Source: an uncultured candidate division Zixibacteria bacterium (GTDB lineage Bacteria > Zixibacteria > MSB-5A5 > UBA10806). From it: 64,000 nucleotides of DNA. The position numbers and the translations under genes were made by a program. The notes beneath the pieces were generated by a model, which ran no database searches, had not been told where the DNA came from, and saw nothing but the letters and a program-made list of their open reading frames with translations. The DNA lies in contig CAWFQL010000003.1 of assembly GCA_963817915.1 (NCBI GenBank), positions 32,001-96,000 of the forward strand, given 5' to 3'. How positions within the stretch are numbered: the first letter of the stretch is position 1; each line of letters opens with the position of its first letter. Positions 41,910 through 51,304 of this stretch are shown piece after piece.

Positions 41910-43430
41910 ATGAATGCTCAAAAAAGAGAAAATTTATTAAATGAACTATATGGCTATATAAAAGAAGTCACTACTCTCGGCGGCTGCATCGCGCTGCTTG
42001 ACTGGGACGAGCGAGTCTATATGCCGCACATGGGCTCCGAAAATCGCGGCAATCAGGTCGCGCTTTTAGCAGGGATCATCCACGATAAATTCACCTCGCC
42101 GCGGGTCGGTGATATTCTCAATGAGCTAATAGCCGATGGATTGGATATTAAAGAGGACACGGTTGATTCGGCCAATGTCCGCGAGTTGAAACGAGCCTAC
42201 GATAAGCAGTTCAAAATCCCGAAATCATTGATCGAAGAAATAAGCCGTACCGCCACGAGGGCGCAGGGAGTTTGGCAGGACGCCCGTGAAAAATCGGATT
42301 TCGCCATGTTTCAGCCCTGGATGGAAAAAATGGTCGGCCTCAAACGGCAACAAGCCGAGGCGGTCGGATATGTTAAATATCCCTATAACGCTTTATTAGA
42401 TGATTTCGAACAGGGAGCCTCCACCGATGATATCACCAAAGTATTCGCCGGTCTGCGCGACGAGCTTGTAGATCTCATTGCCAAAATAAAAAATTCCGGC
42501 AAATCACCCGATACCTCGATAATCCTGCGAGATTATCCAGTCGAACGGCAGGCACATTTCGGCACTGAAGCTGCCAAGGCAATCGGCTACGATCTTGCCG
42601 CCGGACGAATCGATATCACCGCCCATCCGTTCTGCACAACTATCGGCCCCGGCGATGTCAGAATCACGACCCGTTATAATCCCAATCATTTCCCGCAGGC
42701 ATTTTTCGGTATCATGCACGAAACCGGCCACGCCATGTACGACCAGGGCCTGCCAATCGAGCATCATGGCACCCCCTGCGGCGAAACAGTCTCGCTGGGA
42801 ATTCATGAATCGCAATCGCGAATGTGGGAAAATCTCGTGGGACGAAGCCGGGCGTTCTGGAAACATTTCTACCCCAAGGCACAAGCGCTCTTCCCTGAAG
42901 CCCTGAAAAATATTTCGCTCGATCAATTTTATTTCGCCATCAATGACGTCAGGCCATCGATGATCCGTATCGAGGCCGACGAGGCCACATATAATCTCCA
43001 TATCCTGCTTCGATTCGAAATGGAGACCGCGTTCTTCCACGACGAAATCAAAATCTCGGATGTCCCCGCCGCCTGGAATGAGAAATTCAAAAAGTATTTC
43101 GGTTTAGTCCCCAAGAATGACGCCGAGGGATGCCTGCAGGATGTTCACTGGTCCGCCGGCTTGATCGGATATTTCCCGACCTACACGCTTGGCAATCTTT
43201 ATTCAGCTCAATTCTATGAAACAGCCCAAAAGAGCATCGGAAATCTGGATGATAAATTCGCAAGGGGCGATTTTAGCGATCTCTTGAAATGGTTGCGCGA
43301 GAATATCCATCAACACGGCCAACGGTACCGTCCCGAGCAATTGGTGATGCGGGCCACCGGCAAGCCGCTTTCCCATCAGCCCTTGATGAATTACCTCAAG
43401 ACCAAATTCGGCGAGCTCTACGGGATATAA
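41910..43430 (+). CDS. Carboxypeptidase M32 (Taq) family
   Basis: HPF, DVRITTRY, HETGH, HESQSR, IRIEADE, GCLQDVHW, GYFPTY. Confidence 0.95.
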   Translation: MNAQKRENLLNELYGYIKEVTTLGGCIALLDWDERVYMPHMGSENRGNQVALLAGIIHDKFTSPRVGDILNELIADGLDIKEDTVDSANVRELKRAYDKQFKIPKSLIEEISRTATRAQGVWQDAREKSDFAMFQPWMEKMVGLKRQQAEAVGYVKYPYNALLDDFEQGASTDDITKVFAGLRDELVDLIAKIKNSGKSPDTSIILRDYPVERQAHFGTEAAKAIGYDLAAGRIDITAHPFCTTIGPGDVRITTRYNPNHFPQAFFGIMHETGHAMYDQGLPIEHHGTPCGETVSLGIHESQSRMWENLVGRSRAFWKHFYPKAQALFPEALKNISLDQFYFAINDVRPSMIRIEADEATYNLHILLRFEMETAFFHDEIKISDVPAAWNEKFKKYFGLVPKNDAEGCLQDVHWSAGLIGYFPTYTLGNLYSAQFYETAQKSIGNLDDKFARGDFSDLLKWLRENIHQHGQRYRPEQLVMRATGKPLSHQPLMNYLKTKFGELYGI

Positions 43431-43444
43431 ATTTTGATTTTGTG

Positions 43445-43670
43445 TGGTCGGGTCGCCTGACCCGACCACAGCTTTGTCATTATCGTAGGGATTTGATTCA
43501 TCAAACCCCAGAGCCTGTCATTCCGCACTCGATGCGGAATCTTGCGCGCTCCTAATTGTAGGGCGGAACTCCTGAGTTCCGCCTATTTGTAATCGGCCCA
43601 AAAAAGTCCGAACCTCGGGGGTTCGGACCTACTAGCTTTTGTGAGGTCAGGTCGCCTGCGACCTGACGAC
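43445..43670. repeat. Composite REP cluster A
   Basis: Six palindromes; the module at 43517-43632 recurs at 44620-44763. Confidence 0.85.
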
Positions 43671-43674
43671 CGAT

Positions 43675-44298
43675 CTATTTCCGAATCAGCTTTCTAATAT
43701 CGTCCTGATCGCCAACCAAAAACGTATGCGGTGTCTTTATCGCTGAATTCAAAAAATGATCATCGCTTTTGAGCTCTTCCCGAAATTCATCGATCGGCAA
43801 AATGGTTGGATTGATTGTACGGCCCAATAGCTCCTCAGCCTTGCCCACCGCGCTGGCGAATTCGCTGAATTTCAATTTGCCGATAATCGTCAGATCGATA
43901 TCCTTATGATCCGTTTCTTCGTCATAGGATGGCAGGCCATCGATATACGCGATCTTGATTTTCTGCTTCATCGGTTTCAACGCCGACTTCAAAATCTCCG
44001 CCACACCGAATGTCTTATACACGATGCCGCGAAGCTCCTTGTAAATCGGGTTGCCCGCGTTGACCGAATAGAATGTCTGCCGCCCGCGGACCTCGGCATT
44101 GAGTACTCCGGTCGAGACCAGCGATTTCAATTCTCTCTGAATCGCTCCCTGACGGGTTCCTGTCGCCCTGGCAACTTCCGAGAAGTAATAATGTTTGTCG
44201 CTATTGAGGAAGAATAACGACATCACTTTTTTCCTTGTACTGCCGAATAATGATTCAATCATAGCTTGCCTCATAGTCAAATGCCGCTTTAATATCAT
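43675..44298 (-). CDS. wHTH + MNT-type nucleotidyltransferase (antitoxin-like) with degenerate GS motif
   Basis: SLFGSTR...GAIQRELKSL (wHTH); AYIDGL...DIDLTIIG...GRTINP. Confidence 0.8.
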   Translation of the reverse strand: MILKRHLTMRQAMIESLFGSTRKKVMSLFFLNSDKHYYFSEVARATGTRQGAIQRELKSLVSTGVLNAEVRGRQTFYSVNAGNPIYKELRGIVYKTFGVAEILKSALKPMKQKIKIAYIDGLPSYDEETDHKDIDLTIIGKLKFSEFASAVGKAEELLGRTINPTILPIDEFREELKSDDHFLNSAIKTPHTFLVGDQDDIRKLIRK

Positions 44299-44300
44299 GC

Positions 44301-44347
44301 TTACCCATTTCGGGTATTTTTATACCCAATTTAGGTATTTCCGTCAA
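44301..44347 (-). promoter_or_regulatory. sigma70 promoter overlapped by two inverted-repeat operators
   Basis: TTGACG-N17-TATAAA; palindromes tacccatttcgggta (44302-44316) and tacccaatttaggta (44323-44337). Confidence 0.7.
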
Positions 44348-44374
44348 GCAGAAGATTGCACCTTATTCTGATGT

Positions 44375-44765
44375 AGTCGTAGGGCGGAACCCCCGTGGTT
44401 CCGCCATTCCGAGTGCGGTCGGGTCTCCGCACCCGACCGAAAACCCCGATATCACCGTAGGGGTTTGATTCATCAAACCCATCTTTGGAAAATCTCAAAC
44501 ATTTCGCAGGGGCGTTTGAAAAAACGCCCATTTGCTGGGCGGCAGGCGTCCCGCCTGCCCCTTGTATAGAAGGCAAAAAAAGAGTCCGAACCGCGGGGGT
44601 TCGGACCTACTGTAAAACCGTCATTCCGCATCCGTCGGTCGCCGGACTGCAAGGCAGCACCGATGTGGAATCCGCGCGCTCCTAATCGTAGGGCGGAACT
44701 CCTGAGTTCCGCCTATTTGTTTTAGGCAAAAAAAGAGTCCGAACCGCTGGGGTTCGGACCTACCG
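44375..44765. repeat. Composite REP cluster B
   Basis: About nine palindromes, mostly the same families as cluster A. Confidence 0.85.
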
Positions 44766-44794
44766 TATCGAATGAGTAAATTGGGGGCATGATA

Positions 44795-47050
44795 TCAACT
44801 GTCAAATCTCTGCTTAATGTATTCCTGTGTCTGCTTCGCTGTTAGTTCTGTAGTGGAGGGGCCGGTTCGAATGTAAAACCTTTCAATATCTCCGTCTTTT
44901 ACAAACTCTGCCTTAGTCGCCCTACCGCATTTAATGATCATCACTCTGCTATCATCGTAATCTTCAAAGTGAACATGAATTTGGGTCATAGCCAGTGGCC
45001 CTATTCTGCTCTTGACTATATTAACTAAATGCAAGCTCATCTTATCTTCATCGGGGAATCCATCCGCTTTAATATCCGCCGAACCGCCATCATCGTGCAC
45101 ACCAATAATCAAAGTGCCCCCGTTTGTATTGAGGAATCCTGCGATTGTCTTTAGCATTGATAGTTCAATCCGCTGGTCAGGGCTCCCAGTATGCAGATTT
45201 GTTCTTAAGGTCGCCTTGAATTCGACAGCTTCGGATTCGCCGTTTTCTATTATTTGGCTCAAATCTAGTTCTTTTAATTTAGTGTCCAGGTTTATATCTG
45301 CGACTAGTGTTTCATACCCTTCACGAATAATTTCAGCCATCAGTTCGCGTCTTTTGACCAGGAAATCATTATATTCTAAGTGTTCCCAGTTTTCGGGTAG
45401 CGCGTGCCAATGATACATTTCAGATAGTTCATTGTGACCAAATCTAGAATTGAATTCGGCTAAATATTCGGCGGGTGGTTGTATAGAAATTTTTGCATTA
45501 TCACCCCATTCTACGTAGGAGTAATTTGCAATTTGATTGGTTTCTCGAATACCCTTAATATTGATTTCCTTTAGATATTCCTTCGGAAATAGATGATGTC
45601 TTTCGACTGCTGAACGATTTCCTTGCATTGCCGGGTCAAACAAATCAGCTACTTTGATTTTTGAAAATAACGCTCGAGCGTCTAGAAGTACAAGTGCGGC
45701 TTCAAAAGCAAACAATGAGGGGCTTCGTGAAGAGGATGTAGCCAAATCGTTTGGCAAAGTGACAATCCAGTAGTCAGATGTTAGAGTAATTTCGCAAATG
45801 CTTTCAAGTATCCGGATGAACTGATCGCCCTCTTTTATTTCCCTGAACCGCGCAAGATCAAACTCCATAGCTGATTCCGGAGAGCCAGTGAACCGGCCGG
45901 TGACGCTGGACATAAAGAACCAGCGGGCAATAACTCGCCGAAGCTTGAATTCATTTATGCAGTATTCCGTGCGGCCGATCAAGTAAAGAATGTATGAGAA
46001 TAATAAGTTGTTTTGGGAACTGATCATCTTACCGCTTCTGAAACCGGCCTGCCTGATACAATTCATGAAATCATGCCAATACTGCAAGTTCAGAACACGA
46101 CTTTGGGCTTTCTTTAGAACGTCAAATTGCGCATTCCTTCGCTCTTCGCTAAATTGCTCAGTCTCAAGGTCCTTACCCCGAAGGATAGAATATACATATT
46201 GTAGGCGGGCTCGCTTAAACGCAACTCCGACACTAACTCGGAGGAGCTGATCAGGGCCTGGTTCTATAAAATAGTTGAACGGAGAAGCATCAACCTTTGA
46301 GGGTCGCTTGGAAGCCAGACAAAACTTCTCAAGTTCCTTGCGCCCATCGTCCCAAAATACAGACATTAGAGTCAGAATAAAGTCCGCCTGGTTCAGAGGC
46401 GTTCCTTTACTATTGATGCGCACAAAGACATCTGAAACATTTTCTTCAGAGATGTTCGGAGCCAATTCAAGAGCGGTGAAAGGAAAGCTCAAAAGTCCAT
46501 TAAGTTTGGTGATAGTCCTCTGAATTCTCCTTTTCTCGTCATCTTCGATTTCTCTGGATTCACTCAATCCAGCTAGGTATTTTTCGACTACTTCAAAGAG
46601 ATCCGTTTTTTTGTTCCATAATAAAGAGATATCAGGTATAAATGTTTTATCGCGACGTATCGCGGCGTCGGCAACCTCAAACTTTTCTTCAAGCGGATTG
46701 AAGGCTATATATATTTGTTCCTTTTCATAATTCTCTCTTATTACAGGAATGCCTTTTACAACAGCATAAAGCGAAGTCAGCCGCTGCTGACCATCAACTA
46801 TGACAAGGCGTGGCGATTTTTGTTTATTCTCAGCTCCAATAGTGCGCGAGTCTGCCGCCAAACCGTTTTGCCAAAACAAAAAATATCCCACTGGATACCC
46901 TCGATACATCGAATCGAAAAGATCCCTAATTTTGGCGTTCTTCCAGACAAACGGTCGCTGAATATCAGGTAAACCAATTTCGCCGAGGGCTATATATTCC
47001 ATTAGCTTGGATAAGTCGTAGTCGACCTTTGCGAATAGGGTATCACTCAT
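44795..47050 (-). CDS. GmrSD-type modification-dependent restriction nuclease (DUF262 + HNH) fused to a C-terminal Schlafen/AlbA_2 domain
   Basis: LPDIQRPFVW, DSMYRGYPVG, VDGQQRLTSL, FVRINSKG; ERHHLFP...NQIANY; ESEAVEFKA...AGFLNTNGGTLIIGVHDDG...FYIRTGPST. Promoter TTGACA-N17-TATTAT at 47185-47213. Confidence 0.85.
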   Translation of the reverse strand: MSDTLFAKVDYDLSKLMEYIALGEIGLPDIQRPFVWKNAKIRDLFDSMYRGYPVGYFLFWQNGLAADSRTIGAENKQKSPRLVIVDGQQRLTSLYAVVKGIPVIRENYEKEQIYIAFNPLEEKFEVADAAIRRDKTFIPDISLLWNKKTDLFEVVEKYLAGLSESREIEDDEKRRIQRTITKLNGLLSFPFTALELAPNISEENVSDVFVRINSKGTPLNQADFILTLMSVFWDDGRKELEKFCLASKRPSKVDASPFNYFIEPGPDQLLRVSVGVAFKRARLQYVYSILRGKDLETEQFSEERRNAQFDVLKKAQSRVLNLQYWHDFMNCIRQAGFRSGKMISSQNNLLFSYILYLIGRTEYCINEFKLRRVIARWFFMSSVTGRFTGSPESAMEFDLARFREIKEGDQFIRILESICEITLTSDYWIVTLPNDLATSSSRSPSLFAFEAALVLLDARALFSKIKVADLFDPAMQGNRSAVERHHLFPKEYLKEINIKGIRETNQIANYSYVEWGDNAKISIQPPAEYLAEFNSRFGHNELSEMYHWHALPENWEHLEYNDFLVKRRELMAEIIREGYETLVADINLDTKLKELDLSQIIENGESEAVEFKATLRTNLHTGSPDQRIELSMLKTIAGFLNTNGGTLIIGVHDDGGSADIKADGFPDEDKMSLHLVNIVKSRIGPLAMTQIHVHFEDYDDSRVMIIKCGRATKAEFVKDGDIERFYIRTGPSTTELTAKQTQEYIKQRFDS

Positions 47051-47229
47051 TTTGTTATCTCCCCAGTTTCCATTAGGCTTGGTTAATTATTTCCAAAGTG
47101 TTATCAACCTTATTAAAGGATTAGGCCGCATCCTTCACTTAAGAAGGTCGCTTCCTATTTGTTACTCCATCCCTCTTTCCCATAATAATAGACCTCTTCC
47201 CCCAAATTGTCAATATATTCCAAAAACTC

Positions 47230-47485
47230 AAACGGCCGGAATCGCTTCCGGCCGTCGGAGAATGAAATGTCGCTGTTGTTATGTTATTGATTCTTGTGTT
47301 GTCGGGCCGCCCAACCCGACGCCACTAATATGTCATGTCTTTAATTTTTTCCTGCGAGTCACAGTCTATCCGCCAGTGGCGGAGCTTGCCGTGACTGCAT
47401 CCAATTTTGGTTTGCGATCAGGGTAAACCCTGACGCGCAGCAATTCCATTTTTTCGTAGAGACGCAAAATCTTGCGTCTCTACAT
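47230..47485. repeat. REP cluster C
   Basis: gtcgggccgcccaacccgac; gtcac...gtgac; tcagggtaaaccctga; gtagagacgcaaaatcttgcgtctctac. Confidence 0.75.
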
Positions 47486-47494
47486 AGTGAATTA

Positions 47495-48019
47495 TCAGGA
47501 TATAGAGCTGAGCGTCTTCTCGCCCGGTTTCCATTCCACCTGGCAGAGCTCGCCGGTCTGTAATGCCGCCAACGATCTGAGCGTCTCGCTCACCGAACGG
47601 CCGGTGTCGATATCGGATACCACCATCCAGCGCAGTACGCCTTCTGGATCGATAATAAATGTGCCGCGTAGCGCCTTGCCGTCGTCCATCAAAATATTAT
47701 AATTGTCCGATACCTTCTTCGATAAATCCGAAAGCAATGGATAGTTGATTTGGCCGAGATCGCCATTGATCCAGGCCTGATGAGAATATACCGAATCCAC
47801 CGACGCGCCCAATACTACCGCGTTGAGCCTTTCGAAATCGCCATGCCGACGAGAAAATTCACGAATCTCGGTCGGGCATACGAATGTGAAATCGAGCGGA
47901 TAAAAGAATAATGTTACCCATTTTCCGCGATAATCCGATAAACTGAATTCGCTGAATTCCCCATTGTGAATACCCTGAAGCTTGAAATCCGGCGCTTTTT
48001 GTCCTACCTTGAGACTCAT
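47495..48019 (-). CDS. ahpC: 2-Cys peroxiredoxin
   Basis: FYPLDFTFVCPTE; C-terminal ELCQVEW. Confidence 0.93.
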   Translation of the reverse strand: MSLKVGQKAPDFKLQGIHNGEFSEFSLSDYRGKWVTLFFYPLDFTFVCPTEIREFSRRHGDFERLNAVVLGASVDSVYSHQAWINGDLGQINYPLLSDLSKKVSDNYNILMDDGKALRGTFIIDPEGVLRWMVVSDIDTGRSVSETLRSLAALQTGELCQVEWKPGEKTLSSIS

Positions 48020-48462
48020 TTGTCCTCCAAATTGCTATTTTGACATTGTTTACATATACCCATTAATTGTAATGATCCTTCTAAAATCGTATATCCCTCC
48101 ATCGCCATGTCGGGCATCAATGATCTGACATCCCGTGGCAATCCGATATCATAAATCCTGTTGCAATTGACACAAATGAAATGCGCGTGCGGCTCGGTGT
48201 TGCCATCGTATCGGTATGTGTTTGAAACCGGATTCACCTTGCGCGCAAATCCAACCTTTTCTAAAAACTCGAGATTTTTATAGACAGTCGCCAACGACAC
48301 TGTGGGATAATATTCCTTCATGGTGTTATAAATATCCTCAGGCGACGGATGAGCCTTAGACCCCCGAAGCAATCCTAACACGGCTAACCTTTGCTCTGTC
48401 AACTGGATACCATTCTCTTTGCAGTAGTGAATAAAATCGTCAATTCTTGAATCTTTTACCAT
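48016..48462 (-). CDS. perR: Fur/PerR family peroxide-stress regulator
   Basis: HPSPEDIY, SLATVYKNL, HAHFICVNC, CKQC; overlaps ahpC. Confidence 0.8.
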   Translation of the reverse strand: MVKDSRIDDFIHYCKENGIQLTEQRLAVLGLLRGSKAHPSPEDIYNTMKEYYPTVSLATVYKNLEFLEKVGFARKVNPVSNTYRYDGNTEPHAHFICVNCNRIYDIGLPRDVRSLMPDMAMEGYTILEGSLQLMGICKQCQNSNLEDK

Positions 48463-48545
48463 CGTTCCTCCAATACATATTCCTGAACGATAATAATTAT
48501 TGAATAGTTTCTGTTATTATAGAATTTTTTTGAAATTGATTAAAA

Positions 48546-48914
48546 TTATGCGATTGCTTTGGACTTGAAAAGCTGGATTAATTCCCTGATGTGATTCATA
48601 AGGCAATTAGCGCCGCAAGGTTCAAGGTTGGAGATATTAAGGCAATGGCCCTTGCAGCCTTCTTTTCCTCTATTCAATTCATGATAAATTGGACCATGGT
48701 ACAGATCGATAAAATTGATCACCTCTATGGCCATTGTCGTGCCGCAACCGGAGGAAATATGATTAAACAAAAAGAGGCCTTCTTCAGGAATATAAAAATC
48801 GGGTTGGAATCCTATTATCGCGACCTCGGGCGAGATGATAAATTCTCGTCTATTCGTCCAGGATTGCCTGCAATAAGTACAAACTTTGAAAGGTGCCGCG
48901 ACTAAAGCTTCCAT
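48546..48914 (-). CDS. Cys-rich hypothetical protein (putative metal-binding)
   Basis: CTYC...HxxxxC...CxxxC...CxxxC. Confidence 0.65.
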   Translation of the reverse strand: MEALVAAPFKVCTYCRQSWTNRREFIISPEVAIIGFQPDFYIPEEGLFLFNHISSGCGTTMAIEVINFIDLYHGPIYHELNRGKEGCKGHCLNISNLEPCGANCLMNHIRELIQLFKSKAIA

Positions 48915-48925
48915 CGATTACTTTC

Positions 48926-49786
48926 CTATATATTCAGGACGCTTTTCCAGGTGGATTTGGCCAATTTCTGAAATTCGGAATCATCCGGATCTTCTTCCCT
49001 GATAAACGGCGCGATTGTCTTAAAGAAATGCGCTTTATCAAGCGAAAGCTCCGGTACCACTCGCTCGGAATTAATTAATGCCGCCTGCTCCAGATCATGC
49101 TCCATTCCAAGCTGAGAGAGATAATATCCATGCGATGATTCTTTAAGCATCAATAATATATCCCGATGATAGCTGTCGAAAAGATACTTGGCGGTCCGTG
49201 ACGCGTCGTTGACAGCCAATTCTGTTTTTGATCTTTTGAGGATTTCATTTATAAACATGCCGGCGCAAACCGAATCTTCAAGCGCGAATCTTCCCATCTT
49301 CCCGGAGCATATCAATACGATCCTCCCATGGAGTTCGATCGAATCGAGCACGGCACTGATATTGTTGAATGATCCAATCAGCGCGCGCGCGGCTTCCATT
49401 GATGCCAACAATGCCTTCGAGCAATTGGTTGACGAATATATCAACTCTTTTCCACGAACAATATCGGGCGCATATTCCGATGGTGAATTGCCGAGCTGAA
49501 ATCCTTCGACACGTAAACCGTTTCGTTCGCCGCAGAGCAGATACTCATCTGGATGAAGCTTCGCGGCCTTCTGCTTTGCCGCCTCGATTTCGGCTACAGG
49601 CATAATTTTAAGGGCGCCGTTTTTGAGCGCCCTTATTAACGTTGTCGATCCTCTGAGGACATCGATTACAATCGCGGTCGTGTCCCGCAATTCGAGTCCC
49701 ACAAGTTCCGCCGGAGTAAACGCGGTGATTATTTCTAAATCGCCCGAATGACTATTCATGCTTATATATATCGGACGCTTTGACAA
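48926..49786 (-). CDS. comB: 2-phosphosulfolactate phosphatase family
   Basis: VIDVLRGSTT, GERNG, GNSPSE, STNCS, ALEDSVCAG; start may be 49759. Confidence 0.88.
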   Translation of the reverse strand: MSKRPIYISMNSHSGDLEIITAFTPAELVGLELRDTTAIVIDVLRGSTTLIRALKNGALKIMPVAEIEAAKQKAAKLHPDEYLLCGERNGLRVEGFQLGNSPSEYAPDIVRGKELIYSSTNCSKALLASMEAARALIGSFNNISAVLDSIELHGRIVLICSGKMGRFALEDSVCAGMFINEILKRSKTELAVNDASRTAKYLFDSYHRDILLMLKESSHGYYLSQLGMEHDLEQAALINSERVVPELSLDKAHFFKTIAPFIREEDPDDSEFQKLAKSTWKSVLNI

Positions 49787-49801
49787 TCTTTTGATGTCAA
49801 A

Positions 49802-50896
49802 TCATCGATGGCTGCCCTTTTTGTAGAATGGCGCCTTGACTACCTCCGCGATCGCGACCTTACCCCTGATATCAATGCCGATTTCATTGCCTATTTTCGA
49901 ATATTCCGATGGCACGTATCCGGCGCCGATACCTTTGTCAAGCATGGGCGAGAATGTGCCCGATGTCACTTCGCCGACTTTTTTGTCGCCTATTACGATT
50001 GGATGATGCTGTCTTGGAAATCCCTTTTCCTTCAATTCGAATGCCACCAATTTTCGGCTTGTGCCCTGTTCTTTGGCCTTGAGCAATGGGGCACGTCCAA
50101 CGAAATCACCCTTATCGAATTTTACTACCCATCCCAGACCGGCTTCAATCGGGTTAGTGGTTTTGTCGATATCATTGCCGTAAAGGGCATATTTCATTTC
50201 GAGGCGTAGCGTATCTCTGGCGCCCAAACCGATCGGTTCGACATCGAATTCCTTGGCGGCATCGGCGGTGGCATTCCACATTTTTTCAGCATGCTTGGGA
50301 GCGAAATAAAGCTCGAAGCCATCCTCGCCCGTGTAGCCGGTGCGTGAAAATAGCATCTCGACTCCGGCAATCCGCGCAGTGCCAGACCAATAGTACTTCA
50401 TCGATGCCAAATCGTAATCGGTTAGTTTTGTCATTACTTTTTCGGCATCGGGGCCCTGAATGGCGAGCAGGGCATTCTCGTCGGAAAGATTCTCGAGTTT
50501 GATGTCATCGCTTTTCTTTAGCGATTGAAAATAGGCGAAGTCCTTGTCGATATTGGAAGCGTTAACAACCAAAAAGAAGATATCGCCGAGATTGTAAACC
50601 AAGAGATCATCGACAATACCGCCATCGGGGTAGCACAGGCAAGTGTACATCACCTGGCCGACCTCGAGCTTATCGACATCATTGGTAACACAACGCTGGA
50701 TAAATTGTTTGGCGCCATGCCCGGACACGGTGAATTCACCCATGTGCGAAAGATCGAAAAGCCCTACGGAATTGCGCACTTTCTTGTGCTCTTCGGTTAT
50801 CGAACGATACTGAATCGGCATGTAATAGCCGGCGAACTCGACAAGCTTGCCACCAAGCTTTTGATGGATATCATAAAACGCAGTCTTTTTAATCAT
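49802..50896 (-). CDS. gcvT: Glycine cleavage system aminomethyltransferase T
   Basis: FDLSHMGE, VVNASN, RTGYTGEDGFE, GLGARDTLRLE. Confidence 0.97.
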   Translation of the reverse strand: MIKKTAFYDIHQKLGGKLVEFAGYYMPIQYRSITEEHKKVRNSVGLFDLSHMGEFTVSGHGAKQFIQRCVTNDVDKLEVGQVMYTCLCYPDGGIVDDLLVYNLGDIFFLVVNASNIDKDFAYFQSLKKSDDIKLENLSDENALLAIQGPDAEKVMTKLTDYDLASMKYYWSGTARIAGVEMLFSRTGYTGEDGFELYFAPKHAEKMWNATADAAKEFDVEPIGLGARDTLRLEMKYALYGNDIDKTTNPIEAGLGWVVKFDKGDFVGRAPLLKAKEQGTSRKLVAFELKEKGFPRQHHPIVIGDKKVGEVTSGTFSPMLDKGIGAGYVPSEYSKIGNEIGIDIRGKVAIAEVVKAPFYKKGSHR

Positions 50897-51304
50897 TAGA
50901 TTTTTTCTCCTATAAAAATCATACTTGCACGCGAATATACATTGTTTTTCATTAGAGTTCCAGAGTGAAATTGAAAATATGGAAATTCGATTGCGATTCG
51001 AGAATAATTGCTATTTAGCATGATCCGTATTGGCTGCCTAAGCCAGATATGCTATTTTATATAGGAAGGGGGTTTGTGAGCAGAAAATTTCTTGATTTTG
51101 ACATTTATCCTTCACAAATCCTTAAATAAGATGGCCAAACGACATTTTTGGAAAAGCTAAAATTAACATATCGTTCGATTAATAATTACACTAAAGCAAT
51201 ACCTATATATAATACAAAACGGATTAAAAAGCCATTGACATCCATTAAGGCAATATTATATTTATATGCATGCTTAGATAATAGCATTTAGAATTTTATC
51301 CCGG

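Noticed and set aside
44331..44685. Short ORFs inside REP clusters (also 43289..43555, 47052..47426, 27510..27719)
   Set aside because: Translations of palindromic repeats with no RBS or protein-like features.
48486..48545. Per/Fur box upstream of perR
   Set aside because: AT-rich with partial matches only; a specific box cannot be placed.
50897..51250. Glycine riboswitch upstream of gcvT
   Set aside because: No GGAGA/CCGAAG/CUCUCAGG tandem aptamer motifs seen on the minus strand.
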